Assembly: GCF_006345805.1 (NCBI RefSeq)
Contig: NC_043003.1
Location: forward strand, 107,136,001-107,200,000
Length of the DNA: 64,000 bases
Direction: 5' to 3'
Source of the DNA: Octopus sinensis
Taxonomy: Eukaryota
This document shows positions 39,286 to 51,948 of this stretch, piece by piece. Every line of letters begins with the position of its first letter. Positions within the stretch are counted from its first letter, which is position 1. A model generated the notes under the pieces. The model saw nothing but the letters and a program-made list of their open reading frames with translations. It made no database searches and had not been told where the DNA came from. Position numbers and translations under genes: made by a program.

Positions 39286-40609
39286 CAGTGGTTCCCAACC
39301 TTTTCACTACCAAGGACCCCTTTTATTTAAACGAGTTTTCCCATGGACCCCTTTTGATATGCCTATCCTTATATACATATAAGGTGCTTTTACGTGTCAC
39401 CGACACGTAAAAGCACCAACTGATCGTGGCCGTTTGCCAGCCTCCTCTGGCCCCAGTGCCAGTGGCACGTAAAAATCACCCACTACACTCACGGAGTGGT
39501 TGGCATTAGGAAGGGCATCCAGCTGTAGAAACACTGCTAAACCAGACTGGAGCCTGGTGCAGCTTCCATGGCTTTCCAGATCCCGGTCGAACCATCCAAC
39601 CCATGCTAGCATGGAAAACGGACGTTAAATGATGATGATGATGATGAACACATGTGTATCATCATCACATCATCATTTAGCGTCGTTCTCCATGCTAGCA
39701 TGGGTTGGACGGTTCAACTGGGATCTGTGAAGCCAGAAGGCTTCATCAGGCCCAGTCAGATCTGGCAGTGTTTCTACGGCTGGATGCCTTCCTAACGCCA
39801 ACCACTCCGTGAGGGAGTGGGTGCTTTTTAATAACGTGCTACCTGCACAGGTGCCAGACAGAGCTGGCAACGACCACGAACGGATGGTGCTTTTACATGT
39901 CACCTCACCGGCACGGTGCCAGGCAAGCCTGCGGCAACGGACACAAACGATGGTGCTTTTACGTGCTACCAACACGGGGCCAGACAGAGCTGGCAATGGC
40001 CACAAACGGATGGTGCTTTTACGTGTCACCGGCACGGGGACCAGGCGAGGCTGGCAACGAACACGAACGGATGGTGCTTTTACATGCCACCGACACGGGG
40101 ACCAGACAGGGCTGGCAAACGGCCACGAACGAATGGTGCTTTTACATGTCACCTGCACGGGGGCCCTGATGTTGATCAACCTCAATTTGGTTCTGCTTTC
40201 TGATATATGTATTGATTTGTTTTGATTTTGATTTTGACTGTTCTCACTGGTCTTGCCGGGTTTTCTCACGCACAGCATACTTCCAAAGGTCTCGGTCTCT
40301 GGTCATTTCCTTTGTGAGACCTAAAGTTCGAAGGTCGTGCTTCACGACCTCGATATATATTTATGTGTATGTATTTATATATATATATACACACATATAT
40401 ATATACACATGTGTATGTATATATATATATACATTATATATATATATATATAATATATATATTATATATATATATATATATATTATCATATATATACACA
40501 TGTGTATGTATATATATATATATACATGAAATTTTGAATTTACATGGACATGCAGCACTACCTTTGCAGAAACATCAGGGGTTCGCGGACCATAGGTTGG
40601 GAACCACTG
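39286..40609. mobile_element. hAT (Charlie-like) MITE interrupted by two family D insertions and (TA)n
   Basis: 16-bp TIRs cagtggttcccaacct (39286-39301) and aggttgggaaccactg (40594-40609). Right flank gtctaggt resembles the Charlie NTCTAGAN target; left flank gatcaggt matches only 5 of 8. Confidence 0.7.
39383..40350. mobile_element. Tail-to-tail pair of RTE 3' ends: family D on + at 39383-39645 and on - at 39665-40350
   Basis: (GAT)n tail faces (CAT)n across about 15 bp. The minus copy has about five 60-bp units and extends into the RTE coding end (KHDLRTLGLTKEMTRDRDLWKYAVREKTRQ). Confidence 0.85.
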
Positions 40610-41474
40610 GTCTAGGTAATATCTTGATGAGTCAAACCCTAGCCCCTAACCCTAACCTTAAACCCTAATCCTAAAATAAAGTCTGTCTGTTTTTTGGTAA
40701 TTTTTCACAAAAACTTTTATTGAGGATTTTTTTTCTATTCAAATTATTTACATGTGTGTTCGACCGTTTCAGATGACTTTCTTCATTATTAGAATTTCAA
40801 AACTTCTTACAGCTTTCATCATCGAATTTGTTTTTGCTCTCATTTTGTGATAGACATTTATTACATTAATAAAATGCCAGCTTCCAAATCCTGTTTTCTA
40901 TCAAAGTTTGAACCTCTGTAATATTTTAATAAAATTTTTTCTGGAACAAGTCAATTAGGCTTTGAGATTCAGCAAGGAAAATTACAACGATACATAAAAA
41001 TGAGAAAATTTTCCCTTGATTTTAAAATTTCAAAATCTGTGACAGCAACAGAAAAGATGATCAAAGCTGAAGACTTGTGACTCACAACTTGGAGTTTTTC
41101 ATCTTGGGGCCAAATCCTTACTCATTTGTTTATCTATTTGTTTGTTCATTTTATGTCCATTTCTTTCCTCCGTTCTAGCATGGGTAAGGGAAATATGTTA
41201 TTGAGGTAGTGTTTTACAGCTGGATGCCCTCTCTTGACATAAACCCTTAATTGATTTTCAAGTGAGGGATCTCTTATTCCATTGTGGCTTTCAGGTCAGG
41301 AATTAAATGGGTGATCGATTGACTAGAAAAATGACAAAATGAGTTCTATGCAAATGGCATGACTTTTGGATAAACAAGTGGTAGATGTAAACAGACACAC
41401 ATACATACATCATACATACACATACACACACATTTGTATATATATATATATACACACACACACATATTTATATG

Positions 41475-41510
<36 letters not shown>

Positions 41511-41875
41511 CATACAAACACACACACATGTTTATATGTATATGTATATATCTACGTAGATATAGATATAGATATATACATATATATAGTGTATATGTAT
41601 ATGCTTTTATATATATATAGTGCATATATGCATATATATATATGCATAATGTAGCAGGATCTGTCAAACAATGAAAGATACCAGATAGTCTTGAAACCCT
41701 TACGTTATGCAGTATGCACATGGTGCCTCCTTGAAACAGCTGTAGTAATCAACTACTTTTCTTCTTTCTCTTTATTTATAGACTATACACACATATACTA
41801 CATAATACATATATATATGTGTGTATATATATATATATAATATATACATATATATCATATATATATATATATATA

Positions 41876-41941
<66 letters not shown>

Positions 41942-42267
41942 ATATATACTGGTGCACGTAAGAGAAACATCCCAAATGTGGCCGGTTGCCCCAGAGCGTG
42001 CCCCGACTGGCCTCCGTGCCGGTGGCACGTAAAAAGCCCACCATCCGATCGTAGCCGTTTGCCAGCCTTGTCTGGCACCTGTGCCGGTGGCACGTAAAGA
42101 GCACCACTACACTCACGGAGTGGTTGGCATCCAGCGGTAGAAACATGCCAGATCAGACGGGCCTGGTGCAGCCTTCTGGCTTCCCAGACCCCGTTGAACC
42201 GTCCAACCCTGCTAGCATGGAAAGTGACACGTATACGAACGATGATGATGAGATGATGATATATATA

Positions 42268-42316
<49 letters not shown>

Positions 42317-42411
42317 TATATTTTAACAAGAAGGTTTTAAACATGTTGCCCCACTTGAATACATTTACTGTTTTTTATCTTGTTTTATATAAATATATAT
42401 CTATATGTATG

Positions 42412-42521
<110 letters not shown>

Positions 42522-43199
42522 CTATATATATATTATTAATATATATGTATGTATGTATATATATATATATATAATAGTATACAAAAGAAAGATAAATTTA
42601 ATCACCCTGCATTGATTAAAATTTATCTTTCTACTTGTTCTACGATATATTTCAATGCTTCAAAAACACACACACACAAACACACATATACACACACACG
42701 TCATCTTCATCATAATCATCATCATCATCATCATTTAATATCCGCTTTTCCATGCCAGCATGAGTCAGAGAGAATTTGTTGATGCAGATTTTATACAGCT
42801 GGATGCCCTTCCTGCTGCCAACACTCATCGGCAAGTAAGGTGATATTGCCTAGGACCAGGCATGTTTTCATGGAAGGTTGGAAATGAAGAACACAGCTTT
42901 GATGATGGTGACATTTGTTTGCAATTATCACCTGAATTGAAGGCAAAGAGACAGTAACACACATACACACATACACATGCACACACACTTGCACTCACAT
43001 ACATACATACATACATACATTCACATACAATGGGCTTCTTTCAATTTCTGCCTACCAAATTCACTCACAAGGCTTAAGTCAGCCTCAGGCTTTAGAAGAC
43101 ACTTGCCCAAGGTACCATGCATGGGACTGAACCCAGAACAATGTGATTTATATATATATATATAGAGAGAGAGAGAGTTAATCCAATCAAGAAAGCACA

Positions 43200-43375
43200 A
43201 AAAAAAACACAACAACGCGAGGACGTGGAACAAATATAGTATTATTGGATGCTCAGGAAAGAAGGAAAGAAGGAGGGTTTAACGTTTTGAGCGGAGCTCT
43301 TCGTCGGAAACATAGGAGAAGGAAAGATCCAGAGAAGGGAAGGCAGAGGAAAAAAAAATCGCCAACGGTACACAC
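43200..43375 (-). mobile_element. Penelope-like terminal fragment with hammerhead-like relic at 43277-43311
   Basis: Minus strand gttt-CCGACGA-A-GAGC(tcc)GCTC-AAAA-CG-TT-aaac. Confidence 0.6.
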
Positions 43376-43394
43376 ACGATATATGTATGTATGC

Positions 43395-43790
43395 ATTCTT
43401 TTATTTGTTTCAGTCATTTGACTGTAGCCATGCTAGAACACTGCCTTTAGTTGAACAAATAGCCCCCAGGACTTATTCTTTGTATACCTAGTACTTATTC
43501 TGTCAGTCCCTTTTGCCAAACTGTTAAGTTACGGAGACATAAACACACCAGCATCGATTGTCAAGCGATGGTGGGGGGACAAATACAAACATGCACACAC
43601 ACACACACACATATATTTATATACATGATGGGCTTCTTTCAGTTTCCGTCAACCAAATCCACTCACAAAGCTTTGGCTGGTCCAAGGCTATAGTAGAAGA
43701 CACTTGCTTAAGGTGCCACGCAGTGGGACTGAACCCAGAACCATGTGGTTGGGAAGCAAGCTACTTACCACACAGCCACTCCTGCATATG
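43395..43790 (-). mobile_element. SINE-A
   Basis: Family A consensus. Confidence 0.85.
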
Positions 43791-43791
43791 C

Positions 43792-43822
<31 letters not shown>

Positions 43823-43890
43823 TACATACATATAGATATATATCTATATACACATATATATGTACATATACACACACATATATATGTATG

Positions 43891-43925
<35 letters not shown>

Positions 43926-44405
43926 ACCAATTATATTAACATATAATACGCAATTGCATATAATGTGCAGTGCTAAGTTTTAGTTACATTATCACAGGAA
44001 GCTATCTCTTGCATATAATAGACACTGACTTTTTAAAAATGACTTTTGAACTTTAATGGTTAAAAAGTTATTTTATCATTTCATTTAACTGGCAAACACT
44101 GGGAAATTGGTGCCACCAACTTTCACTATAGAAGAATATGAAAGGCATAAAGCAGAAGGTAAACACCTCCATTGTTAAAGCATCATCATCGTTTTCAAGT
44201 CTTGCATGTCTTATACAAAGTTTTAATGGGGCAGATTTTCTCTGGCCGGGATGCCTTCCCTGTCACCAACCCTCAGCTGTTTCCAAGTAAGCTAATATAT
44301 ACCTATTTATGGTCAGGCATGTTTGTGCAGAAGATTAGAAATGAATGACATTCATTTGCAACAACTAAATGATGTCAAGACAAGGAGACACAAACATACA
44401 CATTC

Positions 44406-44451
<46 letters not shown>

Positions 44452-44457
44452 TATGTA

Positions 44458-45110
44458 TATATACAACTTATAAATAAGGGCAAACAAAAAAATTTCTAAT
44501 GCCAAATATGCCGAAAATTGGACATATTGTCCATAACCATTATAATTTTTCACAATACGCACACTACTCGAAAAAAATCCGACAGAAATTTCTAAAAGAT
44601 TCCATTATTACCATATCGGACCGATTTCCGGTTTAGTTCGTAAGAACCCTCCCTTCATCAGTGATAAATGCGGCAAAGAAATAAGTAAAATACTTACTTA
44701 TACCCATGGAAGAAGCAAAACACTAAGTCATGAGCACAACTAAGTACCCCAAATACATCCCAAATATTTTCCATGGGTATGAGTAAGTATCTGATTTATT
44801 TCTTTTGCCACATTTATCACTGACGAAGGGAGGGTTCTTATGATCTAACCCGGAAATCGGTCCGATATGGTAATAATGGAAATTTTAGAAATTTCTGTCG
44901 GCTTTTTTCCGAGTAGCGTGTGTATTGTGAAAAATTATATGGTTATGGACAATATGTCCAATTTTCAGCATATTTGGCATTAGAAATTTTTTCGTTTGCC
45001 CTTATTTATAAGTTGTATATAATTTTAACCTTTAAAGGTATTTTTTAATATGCTGGCCATTGATAAAATTTTTTTTCAAAAAATTTTATCCGACATTAAA
45101 TATAAATAAA
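44458..45110. mobile_element. Fold-back unit in (TA)n: about 253-bp inverted arms (44458-44711 / 44769-45021), Penelope-like; each arm carries a hammerhead-like motif
   Basis: Arms are mutual reverse complements with few mismatches. The right arm extends about 90 bp further and is homologous to 58755-58910. Confidence 0.8.
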
Positions 45111-45470
45111 TATATATATATATATATATATAGACGTCATCATCATCATTGTCATCATTCAATGTCTGCTTTCCATGCTGGCATGGGTTGGATGGTTTGA
45201 CTGAGGACTGGAGAGCCAGAAGGCTGCCTCCCATCTGATCTGGAAAAATTTCTACAGCTGGATGCCCTTCCTAATGCCAACCACTCCTAGAGTGTAGTGG
45301 GTGCTTCTTACATTCCACAGGCAGGGGAGCCAGTCAGGCGACACTGGCATCAACCTCAGTCAGATGATACTTTTTACGTGCCGCTGATACGGGTGCCAGT
45401 CAGAGCAGGGAGGCTAGCATCAACCATGTTTGGATGGTGCTTTTTACATGCCACCAGCACAGGAAGCCAG

Positions 45471-45506
<36 letters not shown>

Positions 45507-45781
45507 GATGGGTTTCTTTCAGTTTCCATCTCCAAATCCACTCACAAGGCTTTGGCCAGAGTGAGGCTATAGTAGAAGACACTTGCTCAAGGTTCCACAG
45601 AGTGGGGCTGAACCCAGAACCATGTGGTTGGTAAACCAGCATCTTACCACACAGCCACACCTTCACCTATATATATGATCCAACCCATGCCAACATGGAA
45701 AATGGGTATTAAATGATAATGATGAGGTAAGATAGATATATATATAATTATATATATATATATATATATATTATATATGGG

Positions 45782-46700
45782 CGAGAAGAAGCAACAAGAA
45801 TGGATTGGTTTTTAGTACAATTGTTTCATACAAAGACAGGCTTTATCAGTTGCAAAAATTGCAGCAGATAAAAGCGTCCCGTACTCATCATCTAAAATAC
45901 ATATGAGTTCTCTAGACATCTTAGTGGGTGAGGTTATACTCATGAGATATTGGAGATAGTTCCATTAGAGGCAGATATAGGTTGTAAACAGTTTTCCAAA
46001 GTTCCTTAATGATGATGCACAGTCTTATCACAGATTTTTAAAAACTTATTAGTTTCGAAGAGAAGATGAATCAATCCATAGTGTAGATTTAAATTTCCAG
46101 AGATATGAAGAGGATGATGCACAGACTTATCACAGGTTTTTAAAGACTTATTAGCTTCACAGAAAAGGTGAATTAATCCATAGTGAAGATTTACATTTCC
46201 AGTGGTAAGATGAGGGATTTCATACTCACAGACGATGTATTTAACCATTATTAATCCACAAACATTTCATGCTATATGATAAGGTAATTTGCCATGTTAT
46301 TGCTCTCCGTGCAAAACTGCTAGTTTTTAAAAATCTGTGATAAGACTGTGCATCATCATTAAGGAACTTTGGAAAACTGTTTACAACCTATATCTGCCTC
46401 TAATGGAACTATCTCCAATATCTCATGAGTATAACCTCACCCACTAAGATGTCTAGAGAACTCAAATGTATTTTAGCTGATGAGTACGGGACGCTTTTAT
46501 CTGCTGCAATTTTTGCAACTTGTGATAAAGCCTGTCTTTGTATGAAACAATTGTACTAAAAACCAATCCATTCTTGTTGCTTCTTTCTCGTTTATAATCA
46601 CCCCACATTACTGTATGGATAACACCATATAGTTTTTCTGGTGCATCTAAGTTAAGTACCACATTCAAGTAAATTCATTGGAAGTTACTTGAATCTTAAT
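45782..46700. mobile_element. Fold-back unit in (TA)n: about 265-bp inverted arms (45782-46046 / 46322-46590), spacer containing an about 100-bp tandem duplication
   Basis: Arms are near-identical reverse complements; the right arm contains a canonical hammerhead. Confidence 0.85.
46471..46561 (+). ncRNA. Type-I hammerhead ribozyme motif with canonical core
   Basis: Stem I TTTTAG/CTAAAA; CTGATGA at 46477-46483; about 60-nt stem II hairpin; GAAA at 46544-46547; palindromic stem III ACAATTGT; GUA triplet at 46553-46555. Confidence 0.8.
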
Positions 46701-47215
46701 TGCTTTTATATATATATATATATATATATATGTTATTATTACCTCCGTCTTAGTGAAGGCAGAGGTATTGTTTTCAGTTGTGTTTGTTTATTTGTCTGTG
46801 GACAAAATATCCCAAGAACTACTGGATTGATTTGGATGAAACTTTCAGGGATGTTTGGCCTCATGACTGGCAAAACTGATTAGATTTTGGGATCGATCTA
46901 GTTAGTGCTGGATAAGAATTCTGTATTATTTTTCCAGTTTTTTTTAAATTTTATTTTTGAGACCGGTCAGGTTCATTTTTAGTATTCTCGTTTGTGAGAG
47001 CAGTCGAGTTTATTTCAGATATTCTCATTTTAAAAATCATCTCCAGCCAATTGTTGAGAGGAAGTTGGTGTTGCCTTGGTGGAGGTTTGTGCTCTTTGAG
47101 TGATTTTGTTGTTGTTATTATTAATATTATTATCATTATTATTATATTATTATTATTATTACTATTACTATTATTATTATTATTATTATCATCATTATTA
47201 TTATTATTCATTAGT

Positions 47216-47482
47216 CTTATCTTTATCACATGCTTTCATTGCACTGCCAAGTACAGCTCTGTGTGGCTTGCTGTGATGGTCTTGTTGTTACTGTAATGTA
47301 AGTGTTTTATGTAGGATGTATGCGGTGTCTAGTTGTGCTATTTTCTGTATGTTTGTTAGTCCTGGTGTTTTTGTTATGTATTTGTCTAAATGTTTTTTTA
47401 TCATACTTAATGCGCCTATTATGATAGGAATTGTTTCTGCTTTTAGATTCCACATTTGAGTTACTTCTATTTCCAGGTCTTT
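47216..47482 (-). mobile_element. 3' end of a restriction-like-endonuclease LINE (Dong/R4/NeSL-like) within (TAA)n
   Basis: KDLEIEVTQMWNLKAETIPIIIGALSMIKKHLDKYI..IQKIAQLDTAYILHKTL*, the typical RLE-LINE C-terminus. (TTA)n on both sides. Confidence 0.8.
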
Positions 47483-47545
47483 TATTATTATCATTATTAT
47501 TATTGTCATTATTATAATTATTATTATTATTATTAATATTATTAA

Positions 47546-47587
<42 letters not shown>

Positions 47588-47642
47588 CATCATCATCATT
47601 ATTATTATTATTATCATCATTATTTTTATTATCGTCATTATT

Positions 47643-47725
<83 letters not shown>

Positions 47726-48147
47726 CATCATCATCATCATTATTATTATTATCATTTAAAAGTTGATCTTAATAAACTTTTCTAAAATCTAGTTATGATA
47801 TCAACTGAAGGGTTTAAGAGAGACTGTCACTCTTGTAATACCAGTTTATTTCTTTTCATAAGTTACATTTGTCATCCAAATAAAACATAACATTTGAGGA
47901 ATTTTATGCCTGTTTGTTTCCATGGATAGCTGCAAGACATCCTTGTAGCCTTCCATTGACAGATGTAAGCAGTTAATTAATTTTAGTTTTAATAATTGTT
48001 TCAATGACAAATCTATAATTCACCAGCTCAACTAAATAAATCTGTCTCCAATTTCTTCAGAGGGAGACACAGTTTAACACATTTTCTTTCAACCTTTTTT
48101 AAGTTTCTATCATTTCCCACAATTTCTTCACTAATTTTTCTGACACA

Positions 48148-48505
48148 TAGGCAGGAGTGGCTGTGTGGTAAGTAGCTTGTTTACCAACCACATGGTTCTG
48201 GGTTCAGTCCCACTGCGTGGCATCTTGGGCAAGTGTCTTCTGCTATAGCCCCGGGCCAACCAATGCCTTGTGAGTGGATTTGGTAGACGGAAACTGAAAG
48301 AAGCCCGTCGTACATATGTATATATATTATGTATGTGTGTGTTTGTGTGTCAGTGTTTATGTCCCTGTTACTTAGCGGTTCGGCAAAAAGAGACCGATAG
48401 AATAAGTACTTGGCTTACAAAAGAATAAGTGCCGGGGTCGAGTTGCTCGATTAAAGGCGGTGCTCCAGCATGGCCGCAGTCAAATGACTGAAACAAGTAA
48501 AGAGT
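48148..48505 (+). mobile_element. SINE-A
   Basis: Family A consensus. Confidence 0.88.
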
Positions 48506-48814
48506 GATAAAACAATCTCTCAGCTCTGTCACTTCCATTCTCATCACTAAATTCAATAACCTGCAACTTAAAACCAACCTCATAACTTGATCTTTTAGCC
48601 TTTAGTGTTTGTGATTTAGTTTCTTGTTACCGTTTTTTGCATCAGAAATACAATAAATTCTTTTCAGCACTTTTGTCGACAATCCTGAGCATAAGAAGGC
48701 AACAAGTTTAAACAGATATGAGAGGTATAACATGTCTACTATATAATGTGTGTGTGTGTGTGTGTGCATGTGTCTGTTCATGTGTGTGTATACACATATA
48801 ATATATATATATGT

Positions 48815-49550
48815 CTGGCACCTCGTCTGGCACCTGTGTCGGTGGCACATAAAAAACACCATCCGAGCGTGGCCGTTCGCCAGCCTTGTCTGGCACCTGT
48901 GTCGGTGGCACATAAAAAGCACCCACTACACTCATAGAGTGGTTGGCGTTAGGAAGGGCATCCAGCTGTAGAAACACTGCCAGATCTGACTGGCCTGGTG
49001 CAGCCATCGGGCTTCCCAGACCCCAGTTGAACCGTCCAACCCATGCTAGCATGGAAAGCGAACGTTAAACGATGATGATGATGATGATATGTGTGTGTAC
49101 ATATACATACATATATATATAGATATAGATACATACATATATACATATGTATAAACACACACACACACTTGTATATATCATGGCACTCTGTCGGTTACGA
49201 TGACAAGGGTTCCAGTTGATCCGATCAATGGAACAACCTGCTCGTGATATCAGCGTGCAAGTGGCTGAGTACTCCACAGACACATGTACCCTTAACGTAG
49301 TTCTCGGGGAGATTCAGAGTGACAAAGCTGGCCCTTTGAAATACAGGTACAACAGAAACAGGAAGAAAGAGTGAGAGAAAGTTGTGGTAAAAGAGTACAG
49401 CAGGGTTCGCCAACATCCCCTGCTGGAGCATCGTGGAGCTTCAGGTGTTTTCACTAAATAAACACTCATAACGTCCGGTCTGGGAATTGAAACTGTGATC
49501 CTATGACCGTAAGTCCATTGCCCTAACCACTGGACCATTATGCCTCCACA
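48815..49550. mobile_element. Family D copy on + (48815-49090) and SINE-C on - (49175-49550)
   Basis: Family consensus matches. Confidence 0.8.
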
Positions 49551-49564
49551 CACACACATATATA

Positions 49565-49663
49565 AAAATATAGATAGATAGATGGATGGATGGATGGATG
49601 GATGGATGGATGGATGGATGGATGGATGGATGGATGGATGGATGATGGATGGATGGATGGACG

Positions 49664-49725
<62 letters not shown>

Positions 49726-49736
49726 TAGAGAGAGAG

Positions 49737-49767
<31 letters not shown>

Positions 49768-49777
49768 AAGAGATAGG

Positions 49778-49847
<70 letters not shown>

Positions 49848-49850
49848 CAC
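49565..49850. repeat. Compound tetranucleotide repeat (AGAT)-(GGAT)n-(AGAC)n-(AG)n-(AGAT)n
   Basis: Visible simple repeats. Confidence 0.95.
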
Positions 49851-50281
49851 ACACATAACAAATAGTGAAGGATTATCAATCTGGGCAAAATACTTCATAA
49901 TCTCTCCGTTGGCAAACCAGGCTAATAAGATTTCTAAGATTAGCGAAGAACTCAGGTAATCTTGTGGTCAGATCCACAGTTATGGTTTATCACAATTCTA
50001 TTTGTAAATCCATAGATGAGCTCCAGACAAGCTGGTTCTTACACAGAGTGATACGTAAGAAACAAGTTCTAAGAAACAAACAGAATACAATACTTGCATC
50101 TTTCCCTCTTCTCCCCCCACTTCCCCATTCTTTCAGTGCTCTGAGTGTTATAACCAGAAATGGCTCTGATGAAAATAGCATTAATTTTCTTAGGTTGTTC
50201 AATTTTCCTCAATTGATAAATAGACCAGCTGGGTAAATCTATCAGTGATGTACTTATCTTTCACCCTATATCTGTAATGAT

Positions 50282-50313
<32 letters not shown>

Positions 50314-50889
50314 GGGACGTTTCTTCCAGTTTCCATCTACCAAGTCACTCACAAGACTTTGACTGGCTCAAGGCTATAGTAAAAGACACTTGTCCAAGGT
50401 ACCACGCAGTGGGACTGAACCACTGGAAACAGCTATAAGCCGAATTTCCTCCAATAAAGGAATAATATGTGATGACCAATATTTTTAACTTGTTTCTTAA
50501 ATATACATACATACATACATACATACATACATACGTACATATATATATATGTGTATATATATACACACACACACACATGAAGGACATCCAACTGTAGAAA
50601 CCTTGCCAAATCAGATTGGAGCCTGCATGCCTCAAGAACTACATTGCATGGAAACAATTGTAGTGATTGAAAATAAATGTCCAACCATACCCCTTTTTGT
50701 TGACTCCAAATTTTTTCGATTACCTGTTCACACACAGCAGATGCCCAAATGCAAACCTGGAAGTATGTATAACACTACTACCGGAGAGTAGAGGGCGAAA
50801 TCTGAAAGTGTGGACAAGCTTTATACTGTACTCTACTATGTTCTTAAAAGAAAATATCATAACTATATATATGTAGATATATATATATA

Positions 50890-51430
50890 TATCATCATCA
50901 TCATCGTTTAACGTCCGTTTTCCGCACTAACACGGGTTGGACGGTTCAACCAGGGTCTGGGAAGCCAGGGGCTGCACCAGGCTCCAGTCTGATCTGGCAG
51001 TGTTTCTATAGCTGGATGCCCTTCCTAACGCCAACCACTCCGCAAGTTTAGTGGGTGCTTTTTACGTGCCAGGGGAGTCTGGCATCGGCCATTTTCAGAT
51101 GGTGCTTTTTCAGTGCCACCGGCACAGAAGCCAGTCGAGGCGGCGCTGGCATCGGCCACATTCGGATGGTGCTTTTTATGTGGCACCAGCACAGGTATCA
51201 CAACTACTATTTCCATTGATATTTATTTCGATGTTCATGTACTTGACTCAATAGGTCTCCTCAAGCACAGTGGGATGTTCCGGAATCCAAGGTACTTTGA
51301 ATGGGCAGCAGCTATGTGGAACTGGTGCAGGAAGCAGCCCGGGTCTTTGCAGTCACAGCATATCTCCAGAGATCTCGGTCCTTCACCATTGCCCCTGTGA
51401 GGCTCAATGCTCTGAGGTCATGCTTGAAAT
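50890..51430 (-). mobile_element. RTE LINE 3' end with coding tail, showing that family D is an RTE 3' UTR
   Basis: Minus strand KHDLRALSLTGAMVKDRDLWRYAVTAKTR, then UTR, family D body and (GAT)n. Confidence 0.75.
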
Positions 51431-51442
51431 ATATATATATAT

Positions 51443-51647
51443 ATGTTGATTCGTTAGTTACTGCACGCATTTTTTTCTCTCCTTCTTTCTGTGTTTTTTT
51501 TCTCTCTGTGTATCTTTCTGTTGAAGAGCGTAGGCTCGAAATGTTAAAGACTTGTTTTATTTATATTTCCTGAGCGCCATACTAATACAATTGTTTGTTT
51601 ATTTTCCACCTGCCTTCGTCTTTTGTCTATTTTCATAAAGCTTCCCG

Positions 51648-51650
<3 letters not shown>
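51443..51650 (+). mobile_element. Penelope-like terminal pseudo-LTR copy
   Basis: Near-identical to 33640-33850. Confidence 0.75.
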
Positions 51651-51701
<51 letters not shown>

Positions 51702-51906
51702 GTAAAATATGAAAAATCAATGAAAATGCACGTTGTAAATAAAAAAAAAGGCTTTTTATGAAAGGTAACGACAGATATATACATTTAGATGGACTGAGGT
51801 AGTAATAAAAGTCATTAAAGTCATTATTATGAGATGATTAAAAGTCAGAAAACAAAGCATACCATGGTTTCTGTAAAGCTATTCATTGCTTTGAACAAAC
51901 ACCAGC

Positions 51907-51945
<39 letters not shown>

Positions 51946-51948
<3 letters not shown>

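Noticed and set aside
41675-41750. GAAACAGCTGTAG palindromic stem-III-like motif (similar relic at about 12400 on -)
   Set aside because: No intact CUGANGA core upstream; at most a decayed hammerhead relic, so not counted.
48631-48684. 54-nt phase-symmetric minus-strand exon candidate (GLSTKVLKRIYCISDAKN)
   Set aside because: AG/GT are present but there is no recognisable homology; chance occurrence is likely without RNA data.
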